A DNA stretch of 26,040 nt from a virus (IMGVR_UViG_3300011258_000040:1-26040), one strand, 5' to 3'. Positions 15,603 to 25,012 are shown, counted from the stretch's first letter. The notes: generated from the letters alone by a model not told the origin. A program made the numbers and translations.

Positions 15603-15957
15603 AGCACAACCGCACTTTGATAAAGATTTAAAGTTCGGACAACAATACGAGAATGAATTTCAAGAAGCAGTAGAAGGTAAGATAGAATGTAAGACTGATA
15701 GACTGTGTCAAAAAACAGGTAACGTTTATATTGAAACAGAAAGTAGAGGTAAACCTTCTGGAATTAATACAACACAGTCAAGAAATTATGCTATCTGTTT
15801 ATGGACACAAGAGAGAACAGACCAAGTATGGGTTTTAATACCTACTGCACATCTTAAAAAACTTATGGTTAAGTACCCTATTAAGAAGGGTGGTGACAAC
15901 TGGACAAGTAAGGGACACATAATTCCAAAAGAAGATTTATTAACATTTGATATATAG
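15589..15957 (+). CDS. conserved phage protein, possible PD-(D/E)xK nuclease fold
   Basis: GTG start after GGAG; IECKTDR...TGNVYIE..SRGKPSGI motif. Confidence 0.6.
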   Translation: MKHTKAQPHFDKDLKFGQQYENEFQEAVEGKIECKTDRLCQKTGNVYIETESRGKPSGINTTQSRNYAICLWTQERTDQVWVLIPTAHLKKLMVKYPIKKGGDNWTSKGHIIPKEDLLTFDI

Positions 15958-15964
15958 GAGAAAC

Positions 15965-16714
15965 ATGAAACTAAAAAGAGTACTTTTAATTGATGGTGAT
16001 ATTTTATTATATAAGATAGCACTTAACAACGAAGTAGAAACAGACTGGGGTGATGGTTTATGGACACTACACTGTGATGAAACTTTGTGTAAAGCTGACG
16101 TAGATGCAGTTATAGATGACTTAGGTTCTAACTTACAAGCTGATGACTATGTTATTGCATTAACAGACAGCAACAATTTTAGAAAAGATGTCTTACCTTC
16201 GTACAAAAGTAATAGAAAAGACAAACGTAAACCATTAACATTAAAAGCTTTACGAGAATATGTCATAGAAAAACATAACGGAGTTGTGTGGAAGAACTTA
16301 GAAGCAGATGATGTTATGGGTATTATGGCTACAGAGCCTACAGATGAAGAGCGTATTGTTGTTAGTATAGACAAGGACTTACGAACAGTACCTTGTAAAC
16401 TATCACAAGATGCTATGACTGTAGAACAAATACCTCACAGAATGGCTGACTATTGGTTTATGATACAAACTTTGACTGGTGATAAAGTTGATGGTTATGA
16501 TGGCATAGAAGGTGTCGGAATTAAGACTGCTGAGAAACTCATTAAGAAATATACTAACGTTCCCCTTTTAGACCTATGGCAAATAGTCAAAAAGATTTAC
16601 GTAGATAAAGGGTATACTGAAGCTGAAGCTCTGCAACAAGCTAGAGTTGCACGTATACTAAGACATGGTGATTACAATAAAAAAACAGGAGAAGTAAAAT
16701 TATGGACAATATAA
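15965..16714 (+). CDS. 5'-3' exonuclease (gp6-like)
   Basis: LLIDGDIL, YKSNR, LEADDVMG, SIDKDL, GDKVDGYDGIEGVG; AGGAG RBS before ATG 15965. Confidence 0.95.
   Translation: MKLKRVLLIDGDILLYKIALNNEVETDWGDGLWTLHCDETLCKADVDAVIDDLGSNLQADDYVIALTDSNNFRKDVLPSYKSNRKDKRKPLTLKALREYVIEKHNGVVWKNLEADDVMGIMATEPTDEERIVVSIDKDLRTVPCKLSQDAMTVEQIPHRMADYWFMIQTLTGDKVDGYDGIEGVGIKTAEKLIKKYTNVPLLDLWQIVKKIYVDKGYTEAEALQQARVARILRHGDYNKKTGEVKLWTI
16555..16572 (+). promoter_or_regulatory. possible phage promoter inside the exonuclease gene
   Basis: TAACGTTCCCCTTTTAGA matches the consensus, but it lies in coding sequence. Confidence 0.4.
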
Positions 16715-16926
16715 AAAAACCGTTACACTATAATAAAGGTGGTATAGAACCTATAGATTATATCGTACAAAATAACCTTACGTACTGTGAGGGCAACGTT
16801 GTGAAGTATATTTCTAGGTGGAGATACAAGGGACATGGTATTGAAGACTTAAAGAAAGCTAAACAATACATTGATTTTATTATAGAAAAAGAAGGACAAC
16901 CAAGAGTAACGGAAACAAAAGAATGA
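16702..16926 (+). CDS. DUF3310 protein (T7 gp1.7-like nucleotide kinase domain)
   Basis: P.HYNKGGIEPIDYI...GNVVKYISRW..KG..EDLKKA..Y. Confidence 0.85.
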   Translation: MDNIKKPLHYNKGGIEPIDYIVQNNLTYCEGNVVKYISRWRYKGHGIEDLKKAKQYIDFIIEKEGQPRVTETKE

Positions 16927-18677
16927 TAGATTACGAAAGAGATAATTTACTTACTGATTTTGGTAAGACAACATTAAAAGATAGGTACTTATTACCAGAA
17001 GAAACATCACCTCAAGAAGGTTTTATGAGAGCGGCAAAAGCTTTTTCTGATAATGATGAGATGGCACAGCGTATATATGATTATGCATCTAAACTTTGGT
17101 TCATGTATTCTACGCCTGTTTTGTCTAATGCCGGTAGTAAAAGAGGTATGCCTATTTCATGCTTCTTAAATTATGTAGGTGATAGTAGAGAAGGATTAAC
17201 AGGACACTACACAGAGAACGCATGGCTTGCTTCTGTGGGTGGTGGTATCGGTGGCTACTGGGGACATGTAAGAAGTGATGGTACACAGACTTCAGGTGGT
17301 TCACAGTCTTCTGGTTCAATACCTTTTTTACATGTAGTTGATAGTGAGATACTTGCTTTCTCTCAAGGTAAAACAAGACGTGGTAGTTATGCGGCATACA
17401 TGGATATATCACATCCTGAGATAATAGAATTTTTAGAAATGAGAAAACCTAGCGGTGGTGATGTACACAGAAAATGTCTTAACCTACATCATGGTATAAA
17501 TATATCTGATGAGTTTATGCGTTTAATTGACAACTGTATTAAAGAACCAACGTTTGATGATAGTTGGAATTTAATTGACCCGCACACTAAAAAAATAGTA
17601 CGGACTGTTTCAGCTAGAGATTTGTGGTTAAAAATATTAGAGACAAGAGTTGCCACTGGTGAGCCTTATGTTTCATTTATTGATACAGTAAATGATGCAT
17701 TGCCTGAGACACAGAAAAAACTAGGATTAAAAGTAAATCATTCTAATCTATGTACAGAAATAACATTAGCTACTGATGAAAATAGAACAGCAGTCTGTTG
17801 TTTGTCTTCTGTAAATATAGAAAAGTATGATGAATGGAAGAACAATAGTTTATTTATACCTGACTTAATTAGATTTTTAGATAATGTATTACAATACTTT
17901 ATTGACAAAGCACCTGATGAATTGTTTAGAGCAAAGTTTAGTGCAAACAATGAAAGAAGTATTGGCTTAGGTGCTATGGGTTTTCATGCATATTTACAAT
18001 CAAGAGGTATAGCTTTTGAAGGTGCGCTTGCTAAATCATTAAACATGAAAATATTTAAAAGTATTAAAGAACAAGCTGTAGAAGAAAGTAAAAGACTAGC
18101 AGTTAAAAGAGGTGAGGCTCCAGACATGGAAGGTACAGGTATGCGTAATGCACACTTGTTAGCTGTGGCACCAAACGCATCATCATCTATTATTTGTGGT
18201 ACTACATCACCATCAATAGAACCATACAGAGCAAACGCTTATGTACAAAAAACAATGTCAGGTTCATTCTTAGTTAAAAATAAATACTTAGAAAAATTAT
18301 TAGATAAAAAAGGTATTAACACTGAAGAAACGTGGACTTCTATTTTAGCAAACAGAGGTTCAGTATTACATTTAGATGAATTATCTGATAATGAAAAAGA
18401 TATATTTAAAACAGCAATAGAAATTAATCAGCAATGGATAATTGAACATGCGGCAGACAGACAACAACATATTTGTCAAGGACAATCAGTTAATGTATTC
18501 GTACCTGCTGATGTAAACATAAAAGAATTACATGATATACATATGTTAGCTTGGAAGAAAAAGTTAAAGACTTTGTATTACTGTCGTTCAGAAGCAATTA
18601 AAAGAGCTGAGTTAGTATCTAAAAAAGTAGAAAGAACAATTATACCTGAAGCTGATTGTTTAGCATGTGAGGGATAA
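16923..18677 (+). CDS. nrdA: ribonucleotide reductase class Ia alpha subunit (no ATP cone)
   Basis: STPVLSN, PISCF, SNLCTEI, VCCLSS, APNASSS, TLYY, C-terminal CLAC. Confidence 0.97.
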   Translation: MIDYERDNLLTDFGKTTLKDRYLLPEETSPQEGFMRAAKAFSDNDEMAQRIYDYASKLWFMYSTPVLSNAGSKRGMPISCFLNYVGDSREGLTGHYTENAWLASVGGGIGGYWGHVRSDGTQTSGGSQSSGSIPFLHVVDSEILAFSQGKTRRGSYAAYMDISHPEIIEFLEMRKPSGGDVHRKCLNLHHGINISDEFMRLIDNCIKEPTFDDSWNLIDPHTKKIVRTVSARDLWLKILETRVATGEPYVSFIDTVNDALPETQKKLGLKVNHSNLCTEITLATDENRTAVCCLSSVNIEKYDEWKNNSLFIPDLIRFLDNVLQYFIDKAPDELFRAKFSANNERSIGLGAMGFHAYLQSRGIAFEGALAKSLNMKIFKSIKEQAVEESKRLAVKRGEAPDMEGTGMRNAHLLAVAPNASSSIICGTTSPSIEPYRANAYVQKTMSGSFLVKNKYLEKLLDKKGINTEETWTSILANRGSVLHLDELSDNEKDIFKTAIEINQQWIIEHAADRQQHICQGQSVNVFVPADVNIKELHDIHMLAWKKKLKTLYYCRSEAIKRAELVSKKVERTIIPEADCLACEG

Positions 18678-18856
18678 TGACAGACAGTGGATTATTTGAT
18701 GGTGTTAATTATAAACCAATCAAAAAGAAAAAAAGAAAACAAAACAAGAAACAAAAACAATCTGTGTTATGGACAGTATATCATACAATCCTAGCAGTAG
18801 AGTTGTTAATAATAATTATAATAGAAGGAATAGAATTATATGTCAGACAATTATAA
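18677..18856 (+). CDS. small basic plus TM protein (59 aa)
   Basis: TAATG coupling; MTDSGLFDGVNYKPIKKKKRKQNKKQKQSVLWTVYHTILAVELLIIIIIEGIELYVRQL*. Confidence 0.6.
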   Translation: MTDSGLFDGVNYKPIKKKKRKQNKKQKQSVLWTVYHTILAVELLIIIIIEGIELYVRQL

Positions 18857-18992
18857 AATACGAGACGGAAAACATATACCTACTCCTAAGTTTAAAGAGA
18901 ACTGGGATAGTATATTTGGTAAAGACAAAACTAAAGAAGAGTTACCAAAAGAAGAAGAAGATTACATTAAGGAGTTAGAAAAAAAAATATGA
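18840..18992 (+). CDS. small hypothetical protein (50 aa)
   Basis: MSDNYKIRDGKHIPTPKFKENWDSIFGK...; stop overlaps the nrdB ATG (ATGA). Confidence 0.65.
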   Translation: MSDNYKIRDGKHIPTPKFKENWDSIFGKDKTKEELPKEEEDYIKELEKKI

Positions 18993-19939
18993 GTTTATTT
19001 GACAAACGAACTTACTACAAACCATTTGATTATGGGTGGGCTTTTGAAGCTTATGACATGCAACAAAAAATGCATTGGCTTCCTAGCGAGGTGCCATTAC
19101 ACGAAGACGTTAGAGATTGGAATGAAAGATTAACACCAGAAGAAAAAAATCTTATTGGACAAATCTTAAAATTCTTTACACAAGGTGATGTAGATATAGC
19201 ACAAGCTTATCTGGATAAATATATTCCTAAGTTTAAAGCACCTGAAGTTAGAATGATGTTGTCTTCTATAGCAACAAGTGAAGCTAATCATGCACATAGT
19301 TATTCATTATTAAATGATACTATTGGTTTACCTGATAAAGAATACAAAGCATTTCAAGAATACAAAGAAATGGCTAATAAACATGAATATTTATTTACTA
19401 CTAAAGGTAAAGGACTAGAAGGAATGGCTAGAGAGATAGCTTGTTTCTCTGCATTTGGTGAAGGCTTACAACTGTTTGCATCATTTGTTATGCTACTTAA
19501 CTTTCAAAGATATGGAAGAATGAAGGGCATGTGTCAAATCGTAACTTGGTCTATTAGAGATGAGACACACCATGTTGAAAGCATGATTAAATTGTTTCAT
19601 CAGTTGATAAAAGAAAACCCAAATATTTGGACAGAAAAATTTAAAGCAAGTATCTATCAAACATGTAGAGACATGGTAGACTTAGAAGATAAGTTTATTG
19701 ATTTAGCATTTACAATGGGTGGTATCAGAGGATTAAAAGCAGAAGAAGTTAAACAATATATTAGATACATTGCTGACAGAAGACTATTACAATTGTCTTT
19801 AAAACCTAATTATGGTGTAAAAGATAACCCATTAGGTTGGTTAGATTGGGTGTTAAATGGTGTAGAACATGCTAATTTCTTTGAGAATAGAGCTACAGAA
19901 TATAACAAAGGTACAATAACAGGAAACTTGTGGGACTAA
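18989..19939 (+). CDS. nrdB: ribonucleotide reductase class Ia beta subunit
   Basis: FFTQGD, EANHAHSY, EGLQLF.SF, RDETHH, NFFE.R..EY. Confidence 0.97.
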   Translation: MSLFDKRTYYKPFDYGWAFEAYDMQQKMHWLPSEVPLHEDVRDWNERLTPEEKNLIGQILKFFTQGDVDIAQAYLDKYIPKFKAPEVRMMLSSIATSEANHAHSYSLLNDTIGLPDKEYKAFQEYKEMANKHEYLFTTKGKGLEGMAREIACFSAFGEGLQLFASFVMLLNFQRYGRMKGMCQIVTWSIRDETHHVESMIKLFHQLIKENPNIWTEKFKASIYQTCRDMVDLEDKFIDLAFTMGGIRGLKAEEVKQYIRYIADRRLLQLSLKPNYGVKDNPLGWLDWVLNGVEHANFFENRATEYNKGTITGNLWD

Positions 19940-19954
19940 AGTGCCCTTTTTAGA
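19937..19954 (+). promoter_or_regulatory. putative phage promoter for the structural module
   Basis: TAAAGTGCCCTTTTTAGA at the nrdB stop, where the late genes begin. Confidence 0.6.
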
Positions 19955-19964
19955 AGAAAACAAT

Positions 19965-20147
19965 ATGATTGACCAAGAAGATTTAGTGTTACCTACAACA
20001 GTAGATGAGTTAGTTAAACTTTTAAACAAAGTTTATCCTGAAAAGTCTCCTGTTTTAACAGATAATCCTAATAAAATATACTTTGAAGCAGGTCAACGTG
20101 ATGTTGTTAAGTTTATTAATATGTTAAAAGAGAGGACAGAGAAGTAA
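19965..20147 (+). CDS. conserved small protein preceding portal (AGQRxVV type)
   Basis: ORF track frame. ATG 19965 is preferred because GTG 19941 lies in the promoter motif. Confidence 0.7.
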   Translation: MIDQEDLVLPTTVDELVKLLNKVYPEKSPVLTDNPNKIYFEAGQRDVVKFINMLKERTEK

Positions 20148-20149
20148 TT

Positions 20150-20368
20150 ATGTGTTTATCAAAGCCAAAAGCACCTCAAATTGTGCAAGCTCCTGCACCT
20201 ATTGCACCGTCAGCGCCTATTGAAGAAGATAAAGCGCCAACAGTAGAAACAGCAGTAGACGCCGATAAAGATTTAGAATTAAAGAAGAAAAAGAAAGTTG
20301 GAACTACAGCTTTACAAACATCTTCTGGTCTAAACATACCTACTACATCAGGTTTAAATATAACTTAA
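20150..20368 (+). CDS. small virion protein (gp6.7/gp7.3-like position)
   Basis: MC start, Pro/Ala-rich, KKKKKVG..L and GLNI end; directly before the portal. Confidence 0.65.
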   Translation: MCLSKPKAPQIVQAPAPIAPSAPIEEDKAPTVETAVDADKDLELKKKKKVGTTALQTSSGLNIPTTSGLNIT

Positions 20369-20372
20369 TATT

Positions 20373-21935
20373 ATGCAATATAATAATATGTTACAACAAA
20401 GCGCTAAAGAGCGATACGAAACTTTAAAACAACACAGAGAACACTTCTTAGATAGAGGACAAGAATGTAGTGAATTAACTATACCTTCTCTTTTACCACC
20501 AGATGGATTTCATTCTTCTACAGATTTATATAATCCATTTCAATCAGTAGGCGCAAGAGGCGTTAACAATTTAGCAAGTAAACTTCTTTTACTTTTGCTT
20601 CCACCCAATTCCCCATTTTTTAGATTATCAATAGCAGGAGATGCTAAGAAAGATTTAGACCAACAAAAAGAAATTAAGTCTGAAGTAGAAAAATCTTTAG
20701 CAACTATTGAAAGAGAAGTATCAAGTAAAATAGAACAACTTGCTCTAAGAGTTAGTGTGTTCGAAGCGCTTAAACATCTTATAGTTGCCGGCAATGTATT
20801 AACTTATCTTCCTAAAAAAGGAACTATGAGAGTATTTCCTTTAACAAATTTTGTATGTAAAAGAGATGCTTCAGGAAACATTATTGAAATAGTAATAGAA
20901 GAAACTATTCATCCAACATATTTAGATGGTGATACATTAGATAGAATTTCACAGTTTGAAGATTACAAACCAGATGAAGAGTGTGATTTATACACACACA
21001 TTTATAAATTAAATGATAAAGAATTTTACACTTGCCAAGAAGTAAAAGGAATTAAAATAGAAAGTTCTCAAGGAACTTATCCAATTGATAGTCTACCATA
21101 CCAAGCATTAAGAATGGTAAGAGTTGATAATGAAGATTATGGTAGAGGATATGTAGAAGAATTTTTAGGTGATTTAAAATCATTAGAAGGATTATCACAA
21201 GCGCTTGTAGAAAGTGCGGCGGCATCTTCTAAAGTAGTATTTATGGTAAGACCTAACTCTGTTACTAGAAAAAAAGATTTAGCTAATACTAGAAATGGTG
21301 ATATTATTACTGGTAGTGCAGATGATGTAGCTGTGTTACAAGCGCAAAAACAATATGATTTACAAGTAGTAGAAAGAAGTATTGCTAAACTAGAAGAAAG
21401 ATTATCTTATGCGTTCTTATTAAATACAGCAATACAAAGAGATGCTGAAAGAGTAACAGCACAAGAAATTAGATACATGGCACAACAATTAGAAACTGCT
21501 ATGGGTGGTATATATTCATTACTATCACAAGAGTTTCAATTACCTTTAGTGACCATATTAATGAAACGAATGTCTCAAGCAAATGAGATACCATCATTAC
21601 CTAAAAACTCTGTTAAGCCTACAATTATTACAGGTGTAGAAGCTTTAGGTAGAGGTAATGACTTACAAAAATTAAGAGAATTTGTTGCTGAGATTGCAAA
21701 CTTAGCACAAGTAAATCCTGCTATAGTACAAAGTATAAATACTCAGGATTTAATAAAACGTATTGCTACCGGTTTAGGTATTGATACAGAAGGTCTTGTG
21801 AAGTCTGACGAAGAACTAGCACAAGAGCAAGCCGCTCAAGAAGATGCTATGCAAAATCAACAGATGATGCAGTTAGCAGAGAAGGCTGTAGCACCCGCAG
21901 TACAAGGTGCTATGAAACAACAGCAAGAAGGATAA
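20373..21935 (+). CDS. head-tail connector / portal (gp8-like)
   Basis: QSVGARGVNNLASKL, YGRGYVEE.LGDL.SLE.L, RDAERVTAQEIR, TGVEALGRG.D. Confidence 0.97.
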   Translation: MQYNNMLQQSAKERYETLKQHREHFLDRGQECSELTIPSLLPPDGFHSSTDLYNPFQSVGARGVNNLASKLLLLLLPPNSPFFRLSIAGDAKKDLDQQKEIKSEVEKSLATIEREVSSKIEQLALRVSVFEALKHLIVAGNVLTYLPKKGTMRVFPLTNFVCKRDASGNIIEIVIEETIHPTYLDGDTLDRISQFEDYKPDEECDLYTHIYKLNDKEFYTCQEVKGIKIESSQGTYPIDSLPYQALRMVRVDNEDYGRGYVEEFLGDLKSLEGLSQALVESAAASSKVVFMVRPNSVTRKKDLANTRNGDIITGSADDVAVLQAQKQYDLQVVERSIAKLEERLSYAFLLNTAIQRDAERVTAQEIRYMAQQLETAMGGIYSLLSQEFQLPLVTILMKRMSQANEIPSLPKNSVKPTIITGVEALGRGNDLQKLREFVAEIANLAQVNPAIVQSINTQDLIKRIATGLGIDTEGLVKSDEELAQEQAAQEDAMQNQQMMQLAEKAVAPAVQGAMKQQQEG

Positions 21936-21939
21936 TTAA

Positions 21940-22695
21940 ATGGTAGACACAGTAGAAATAAAAACAGAAGAAACTGGTATAGAAAAACCAGAAGAACAAA
22001 CAAACGAGACACAGTCAACACAAAGTAAACCTGAAGGCTTACCTGATAAATTCAATTCAGTTGAAGAATTAGCAAAGTCATATCAGGAATTAGAAAAGAA
22101 ACTTGGTGGGCAATCTCAAGAAAAACCAGAAGTAGACCCTGTTGCCAAAGCAGAACCTAAATCTACTAATGATTTAGAAATAGCTGAGAAAGCGGTTACT
22201 GATGCAGGTTTAGATATGTCATCTTTACAAGCAGAGTATGCTGAAAAAGGTGAGTTAGATGTTAAGTCTTACGAAGCATTAGAGAAAGCAGGTATCTCAA
22301 AAGAATATGTAGATAGTTATATTGCCGGTCAAGAAGCTATTGCAAAAACACAAGCAAATGAAATTAAATCAACTGTTGGTGGTGATGAAACATATCAAGA
22401 AATGGTTGACTGGGCTTCTAAAAATATGACTGATGGTGAAAAAACTGCTTATAACAAAGCTGTAAATAGTGGAGACATGGACACAGTTAAGTTAGCAGTC
22501 AATGCACTTAAAGGTCAATTTGAAAGAGCTAATGGAATTGAGCCTAAACTTGTAGAAGGTAAAGCATCACCTAGTCAAGAACAAGGTTTTGCATCATGGG
22601 CTCAAGTAACAGAGGCTATGGCTGACCCTAGATATGCAAAAGATATAGCATATCAAAATGAAGTTAAAACTAAACTAGCAAACTCAAACCTATAG
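21940..22695 (+). CDS. capsid assembly scaffolding protein (gp9-like)
   Basis: Acidic; ELAKSYQELEKKLG, VGG...Y..M..WA, AMADPRY.KD.AY. Confidence 0.92.
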   Translation: MVDTVEIKTEETGIEKPEEQTNETQSTQSKPEGLPDKFNSVEELAKSYQELEKKLGGQSQEKPEVDPVAKAEPKSTNDLEIAEKAVTDAGLDMSSLQAEYAEKGELDVKSYEALEKAGISKEYVDSYIAGQEAIAKTQANEIKSTVGGDETYQEMVDWASKNMTDGEKTAYNKAVNSGDMDTVKLAVNALKGQFERANGIEPKLVEGKASPSQEQGFASWAQVTEAMADPRYAKDIAYQNEVKTKLANSNL

Positions 22696-22705
22696 GAGAA
22701 ATAAT

Positions 22706-22813
22706 ATGTACGGAAAAGGAAAATCAAAAGGCAAGAAAATGCTAAAAGGTGGACAAAAAAGATTACCTTCAGCATTACAGAAAAAAATAATGAAGGCTAA
22801 GAAGAAAAAGTAA
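22706..22813 (+). CDS. small Lys-rich peptide (35 aa)
   Basis: AGGAG RBS; MYGKGKSKGKKMLKGGQKRLPSALQKKIMKAKKKK*. Confidence 0.7.
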   Translation: MYGKGKSKGKKMLKGGQKRLPSALQKKIMKAKKKK

Positions 22814-22814
22814 T

Positions 22815-22964
22815 ATGGCTAAACGAGGTCTTTATGCCAACATCCACGCTAAGCGTAAACGTATAGCGGCGGGTTCTGGCGAAAAAATGCGTAAGGTTGG
22901 AGCAAAAGGCGCACCAACAAAAAAACAATTTAAACGAGCGGCAAAGACAGCTAAGAAAAAGTAA
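22815..22964 (+). CDS. small basic protein (49 aa)
   Basis: MAKRGLYANIHAKRKRIAAGSGEKMRKVGAKGAPTKKQFKRAAKTAKKK*; coupled to the next ATG. Confidence 0.8.
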   Translation: MAKRGLYANIHAKRKRIAAGSGEKMRKVGAKGAPTKKQFKRAAKTAKKK

Positions 22965-23209
22965 TGCCGGCTAAACGTTATCAGTCTCCTTCTGGTGGTT
23001 TAAATGCCGCCGGAAGAAGATATTTTAAAAGAAAAACTGGTGCTAATTTAAAAGCTCCAGTTACAGGAAAAGTAAAAAGAGGTTCTAAAGCGGCAAAGCG
23101 TAGAGCCAGTTTCTGTGCACGTATGTCTGGAGTAAAAGGAGCCATGAAGAAACCTAATGGTCAACCTACAAGAAAAGCTCTAGCATTACGTAAATGGAAG
23201 TGTAGATAG
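22964..23209 (+). CDS. basic DUF6321-like protein
   Basis: GGLNAAGR...NLKAPV...RRASFCARM.G...ALRKWKC. Confidence 0.8.
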   Translation: MPAKRYQSPSGGLNAAGRRYFKRKTGANLKAPVTGKVKRGSKAAKRRASFCARMSGVKGAMKKPNGQPTRKALALRKWKCR

Positions 23210-23355
23210 TTGTGCACGCTTTTTAGCGGGCAACTTGCCAACACATATTTAATAAAGTGTAATAACTTGACCACCTGCGGGTGACAATCTTGAATGTGAA
23301 ACTGAAACATATGTAGAGGCTTTTATAAATAAACGTCATAACAAAGGAGAACACT

Positions 23356-24333
23356 ATGGCAAATGCAAGTCCAGTATCAGTTGGAAGAGTAAATGCAGGT
23401 GGTTCGGAAGACGCTCTGTTTCTGAAAGTTTTTGCGGGAGAAGTACTTACTTCTTTTGATAGAGCTTCAGTAACTCAAGGTGCAGAAATGGTTAGAAGTA
23501 TTTCTAACGGTAAATCTGCAACTTTCCCAGTAATGGGTAGAGTGGGTGCTTCGTACCATACAGCAGGTGCTGAAATAACTGGTTCAGATGTAAACCACAA
23601 CGAGAAAGTTATTACAATTAATGACCTTCTTTTATCTTCAGTATTCTTATCGAATATCGAAGAAGCAAAAAACCATTGGGATGTAAGAAGCGCTTACTCT
23701 TCAGAAATTGGTAGAGCTTTAGCTTTCCAAAAAGATAAGCATATCTTACAAACTATTGGTCAAGCGGCACAAGCTTCTGCAAACGTATCTGACAGTGGGT
23801 ACGCGGCAGGAACTGTTCTAACAAACACTAACATTGCTTCAGCAACAGCTTCGACTGCGGCTAACGCTATGATAGACAGTTTGTTTGATGCGGCTAAACA
23901 AATGGATGCTAACTACGTTCCAAAAGAAGGTAGAAAAGCTTTCATTAGATTAGAAGAGTACTACAAATTAGCAAACGGTACTAACGTAACTAACGTTGAC
24001 TTCTCAGGTCAAGGTTCAATTGCGGAAGGTAAAGTTGTTAAAGTAGCAGGTATTGAATTAATACCTACTGCACACTTTGTAGCTTCTAACGTAACTGCGG
24101 CTCCGGATGCCGGTTCAGCAACTGCGGGTGGTACAAACCCTCAAGCTGTTGATTTATCAAACTACGTATGTTTGGTATCACATCCGTCTGCATGCGGAAC
24201 TGTAAAACTAATGGATTTAGCTGTTGAAAGCGAATATGATATTAGAAGACAGGGTACGCTAATGGTTGCTAAATATGCAATGGGGCACGGCGTGCTTCGT
24301 TCTGAGGCGGCTGTTGGAATTAAAGAAGCTTAA
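23356..24333 (+). CDS. major capsid protein (gp10-like)
   Basis: ALFLKVFAGEVLTSF, RSISNGKSATFPVMGR, EKVITINDLL, YAMGHGVLR.EAA; AAGGAG RBS. Confidence 0.98.
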   Translation: MANASPVSVGRVNAGGSEDALFLKVFAGEVLTSFDRASVTQGAEMVRSISNGKSATFPVMGRVGASYHTAGAEITGSDVNHNEKVITINDLLLSSVFLSNIEEAKNHWDVRSAYSSEIGRALAFQKDKHILQTIGQAAQASANVSDSGYAAGTVLTNTNIASATASTAANAMIDSLFDAAKQMDANYVPKEGRKAFIRLEEYYKLANGTNVTNVDFSGQGSIAEGKVVKVAGIELIPTAHFVASNVTAAPDAGSATAGGTNPQAVDLSNYVCLVSHPSACGTVKLMDLAVESEYDIRRQGTLMVAKYAMGHGVLRSEAAVGIKEA

Positions 24334-24351
24334 TAGCTTAACTTTAATACT

Positions 24352-24389
24352 TATAGTGGCGGTAGAGGGAGACTGAAGCCGCCGCTATA
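24352..24389 (+). other. stem-loop after the capsid gene (T-phi position; no clear U-tract)
   Basis: tatagtggcggt / gccgccgctata, a 12-bp stem with G-U pairs. Confidence 0.6.
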
Positions 24390-24406
24390 CTAACTAATAG
24401 GATATT

Positions 24407-25012
24407 ATGACAACACAGATTACACCAACTACTGAGCTTCAAGCAATTAATATAATGCTGTCCGTTATCGGAGAAGCTCCCGTAAACTCAATTACAGGCA
24501 CTACATCAGTTGATGTAAGTACAGCAAAAAATCTTTTAGATGAAACTTCTATGTCTGTCCAATCTCAAGGATGGCATTTCAACACACAAGAAAATTATAA
24601 AAATTTGGCATTAGACCAAAATAATAAAATTCCCCTACCTTCAAATTGCGTTAAAGTTGACGCTAGTAAAAACTTCAGATACATAAACATAACATTAAGA
24701 AACGGTTTTCTATATGATTTAGAAAAACATACAGATGTATTTACAACAGTACCTGAAGTAGATTTAGTTTTAGTACAACAGTTTGAACAATTACCAGAAT
24801 ATGCTAGACAGTATATTACACAAAAAGCTTCAAGAAGATTTGCGTCAAGATTTCTTGGTGATAATCAAATTGTACAATTAATTGGACAAGATGAAAATGA
24901 ATCATTAATGGCATTTCATCAAGCAGACAGTCAAGCAACTGATGCTAACATGTTAGAAGGTGACAGTAATACTTATTCAATAATTAATAGACCAACTAGA
25001 AGGACTTATTAA
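24407..25012 (+). CDS. tail tubular protein A (gp11-like)
   Basis: TELQAINIMLSVIGEAPVNS, QSQGWHFN, FEQLPEYARQYI..ASRRF. Confidence 0.95.
   Translation: MTTQITPTTELQAINIMLSVIGEAPVNSITGTTSVDVSTAKNLLDETSMSVQSQGWHFNTQENYKNLALDQNNKIPLPSNCVKVDASKNFRYINITLRNGFLYDLEKHTDVFTTVPEVDLVLVQQFEQLPEYARQYITQKASRRFASRFLGDNQIVQLIGQDENESLMAFHQADSQATDANMLEGDSNTYSIINRPTRRTY

Noticed and set aside
984-20794. Remaining minus-strand and alternate-frame ORFs in the track (e.g. 1471-1848, 8974-9306, 10369-10788, 17152-17412, 18769-18978, 20540-20794)
   Set aside because: Shadows of well-supported + strand genes with no recognisable motifs.
24300-24345. T7 gp10A/10B-type -1 frameshift at the capsid end
   Set aside because: No clear slippery heptamer, and stops follow quickly in the alternative frames.
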